From Lama glama (Eukaryota), in assembly GCA_028534125.1 (NCBI GenBank), contig CM052816.1:41790001-41854000 (forward strand): a stretch of 64,000 nucleotides of DNA, in the 5' to 3' direction. The notes below the pieces were generated by a model. It did no database searches. It was given only the letters and a program-made list of their open reading frames with translations, and had not been told where the DNA came from. Positions within the stretch are counted from its first letter, which is position 1. Each line of letters starts with the position of its first letter. This document shows positions 62,186 through 64,000 of the stretch, one piece after another. The translations under genes were made by a program, and so were the position numbers.

Positions 62186-64000
62186 TTATGCAGTCCAAGA
62201 TTGCAGCATAGGAAGACCCCGAACTCACCTCCTCCTCCGGACATACCAAATCTACACCTAAATGTAGAGTAATTCCTCCTGAAGAAGTAATTCCTCCTAA
62301 AGGCTGATTGAGCAGTTTCTGCACAGTAAATGGTAGAGGGGCCACATAAAGATAGGTAGGAGAGACAAAGACAGACTCAACAGGAAGCCCACTCTTGATG
62401 TGGTAATCTGCAGTGGGGAGGGGTACCACTGAGGAGCTGGTGTGCAGACTTGCCTGCCCTGGGACACAGCAAAAATCCCCCAGCAGTTCAGAGAGCACAT
62501 AGACTATACATGAAGGAAGTCTATTGATTAGTTCCTAGAGCATCTGCCAAACAGGTAGGGAGCTGCTGGAACTTACTCTGGGGTTGGAGGAGCTAGAAAG
62601 CACCACTTTTTGCATTTTCCCCTCTCTTTGATAGTGTGAGTGGGAACATGGTCCAGGTGTTCCAGTCTGCCTGCCAAGGCCACCCTAACATATCCCACGC
62701 CTCTGGCCCATACCAGCTACAGCTGCCCCCTGAAGGTGGCCCCAATGCAGTATGCCCTAGACCCACCAGCTCGAGTCCACACAAGCTCCAGTTAACTGTT
62801 TGGTCAAGGCAGCCAGGTGTGGCATGTCCCAGGACCCCTGACCCATACCCAGTTGGGCTCTGGCTGTCCCTCCAGCACAGCCCTGATGTCATTATCGAGG
62901 ATAAATCACATGTTAGACCATGAAACAAGTTTCAGTAAATTTAAGAAGATTGAAATATATCAAGCAACTTTTTTAACCACAATGATATGAAATTAGAAAT
63001 CAATTACAAGAAGAAAACTAGAAAATACACAAATATGTGGAGACTAAACAGCACACTACTTAACAGCCAATGGGTTAATGAAGAAATCAAAAAGGAAGTT
63101 AAAAAAATACTTTAGAGATAGATGAAAATGGAAACACAATGTTCCAAAATCTTTGGGAAGCAGCAAGCAGTTCTAAGAGGGACATTCACAGTGGTACAGA
63201 CCTACCTCAAGAAATGAGAAAAATCTTGAATTAACAATGTAACTTTATACCTAAAAGAACTAGAAAAAGAAGAACAAACAAAGCCTAAAATTAGTAGAAG
63301 GAAGAAAATAATAAAGATCAGAAAAGAAATAAATGAAATAGAGACTAAAAAATAAAAATAGAAAAGATTAATGAAACTAAGAGCTACTTCTTTGAAAAGC
63401 TAAACAAAATTGATAAACCTTTAGCTGGACTTATCAAGAAAAAAAGAGTGTCCCAATAAAATAGAAAATGCAAGAGGAGAGGTTACAAGAATACCCCAGA
63501 AACACAATAATAAGATGCTACTATAAGCAATTTTACATCAATGAATAGGACAACCTAAAAGAAAAAGACAAATCCCTAGAGATGTACACTCTTCCAAGAA
63601 TGAATAAGGAAGAAATAGAAAATGTGAACAGATTTATTGCTAGTAATGAAATTGATTCGGTAATTTAAAAAGTCTCAACAAACGGAAGTCCAGGACTAGA
63701 CAGATTCACAGGTGAAGTCTACCAAACATTTATAGAAGAGTTAACCTCTTTCCTTCTCAAATTCTTCCGAAAATGCTGAAGAGGAAGGAACATTTCCAAA
63801 GATATTCTAGGAGGTCATCACTACCCTAATAACAAAACTAGATGAGGGTATTACATAAAAAGAAAACTGCAGGCCAGTTTCTCTGATGAATATAGATGCA
63901 AAAATTCTCAAGAAAATATTGGCAAACTGAATTCAGCAACGCATTAAACAATAATACACCATGATCAAGTGGGATTTGTCCCAGGGATGCACAGATGGTT
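62186..64000 (+). mobile_element. L1 with 5' UTR fused to ORF2 (large internal deletion); runs off the window end
   Basis: 5' end CAAGATTGCAGCATAGGAAGACCCCGAACTCACCTCCTC, then GC-rich UTR to about 62889. Frameshifted ORF2 follows, from the endonuclease end (SRINHMLDHETSFSKFKKIE) to the RT start (ENCRPVSLMNIDAKIL...HHDQVGFVPGM). Confidence 0.92.

Noticed and set aside
62163..62928. Several 67-111 aa ORFs on both strands (possible ORF0-like antisense frame)
   Set aside because: GC-rich L1 5' UTR is naturally stop-poor; most starts are non-ATG and no homology supports an ORF0 equivalent.
1..64000. CRISPR arrays, prokaryotic operons, NUMTs, processed pseudogenes, non-retroviral endogenous viral elements
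   Set aside because: No regularly spaced repeats and no long coding-like segment other than L1 and Tigger remnants were seen; a BLASTX of the repeat-masked window would be the decisive check.

Overview
AT-rich, CpG-poor eutherian genomic DNA, almost certainly from a camelid (alpaca, vicuna or camel). Three copies of a short tRNA-derived SINE match the camelid vic-1 type, a Tigger1a-type MITE and cetartiodactyl-type L1 ends are present, and I see no Alu, BovB/Bov-A, CHR or PRE-1. The window is intronic or intergenic. A large part is fossil interspersed repeat: MIR, L2, old L1M, MaLR/ERVL/ERV1 solo LTRs, and hAT and Tigger DNA transposons. I recognise no host protein-coding exon, RNA gene, CpG island or CRISPR array. 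The only ORF-track entry with real homology is a Tigger7/MER44 transposase N-terminal remnant; broken L1 ORF2 remnants are visible in the DNA. Best observations: (i) a 50-bp ultra-truncated L1 with a perfect 16-bp TSD; (ii) a poly(A)-only retroinsertion with a 14-bp TSD; (iii) an L1 whose 5'UTR is fused directly to mid-endonuclease ORF2; (iv) two phase-compatible candidate microexons and other splice-signal candidates; (v) a perfect 13-bp hairpin; (vi) several nested insertions. I found no convincing novel biological system. Repeat family names come from my memory of consensus sequences, and old-repeat boundaries are approximate; both need RepeatMasker/Dfam confirmation.
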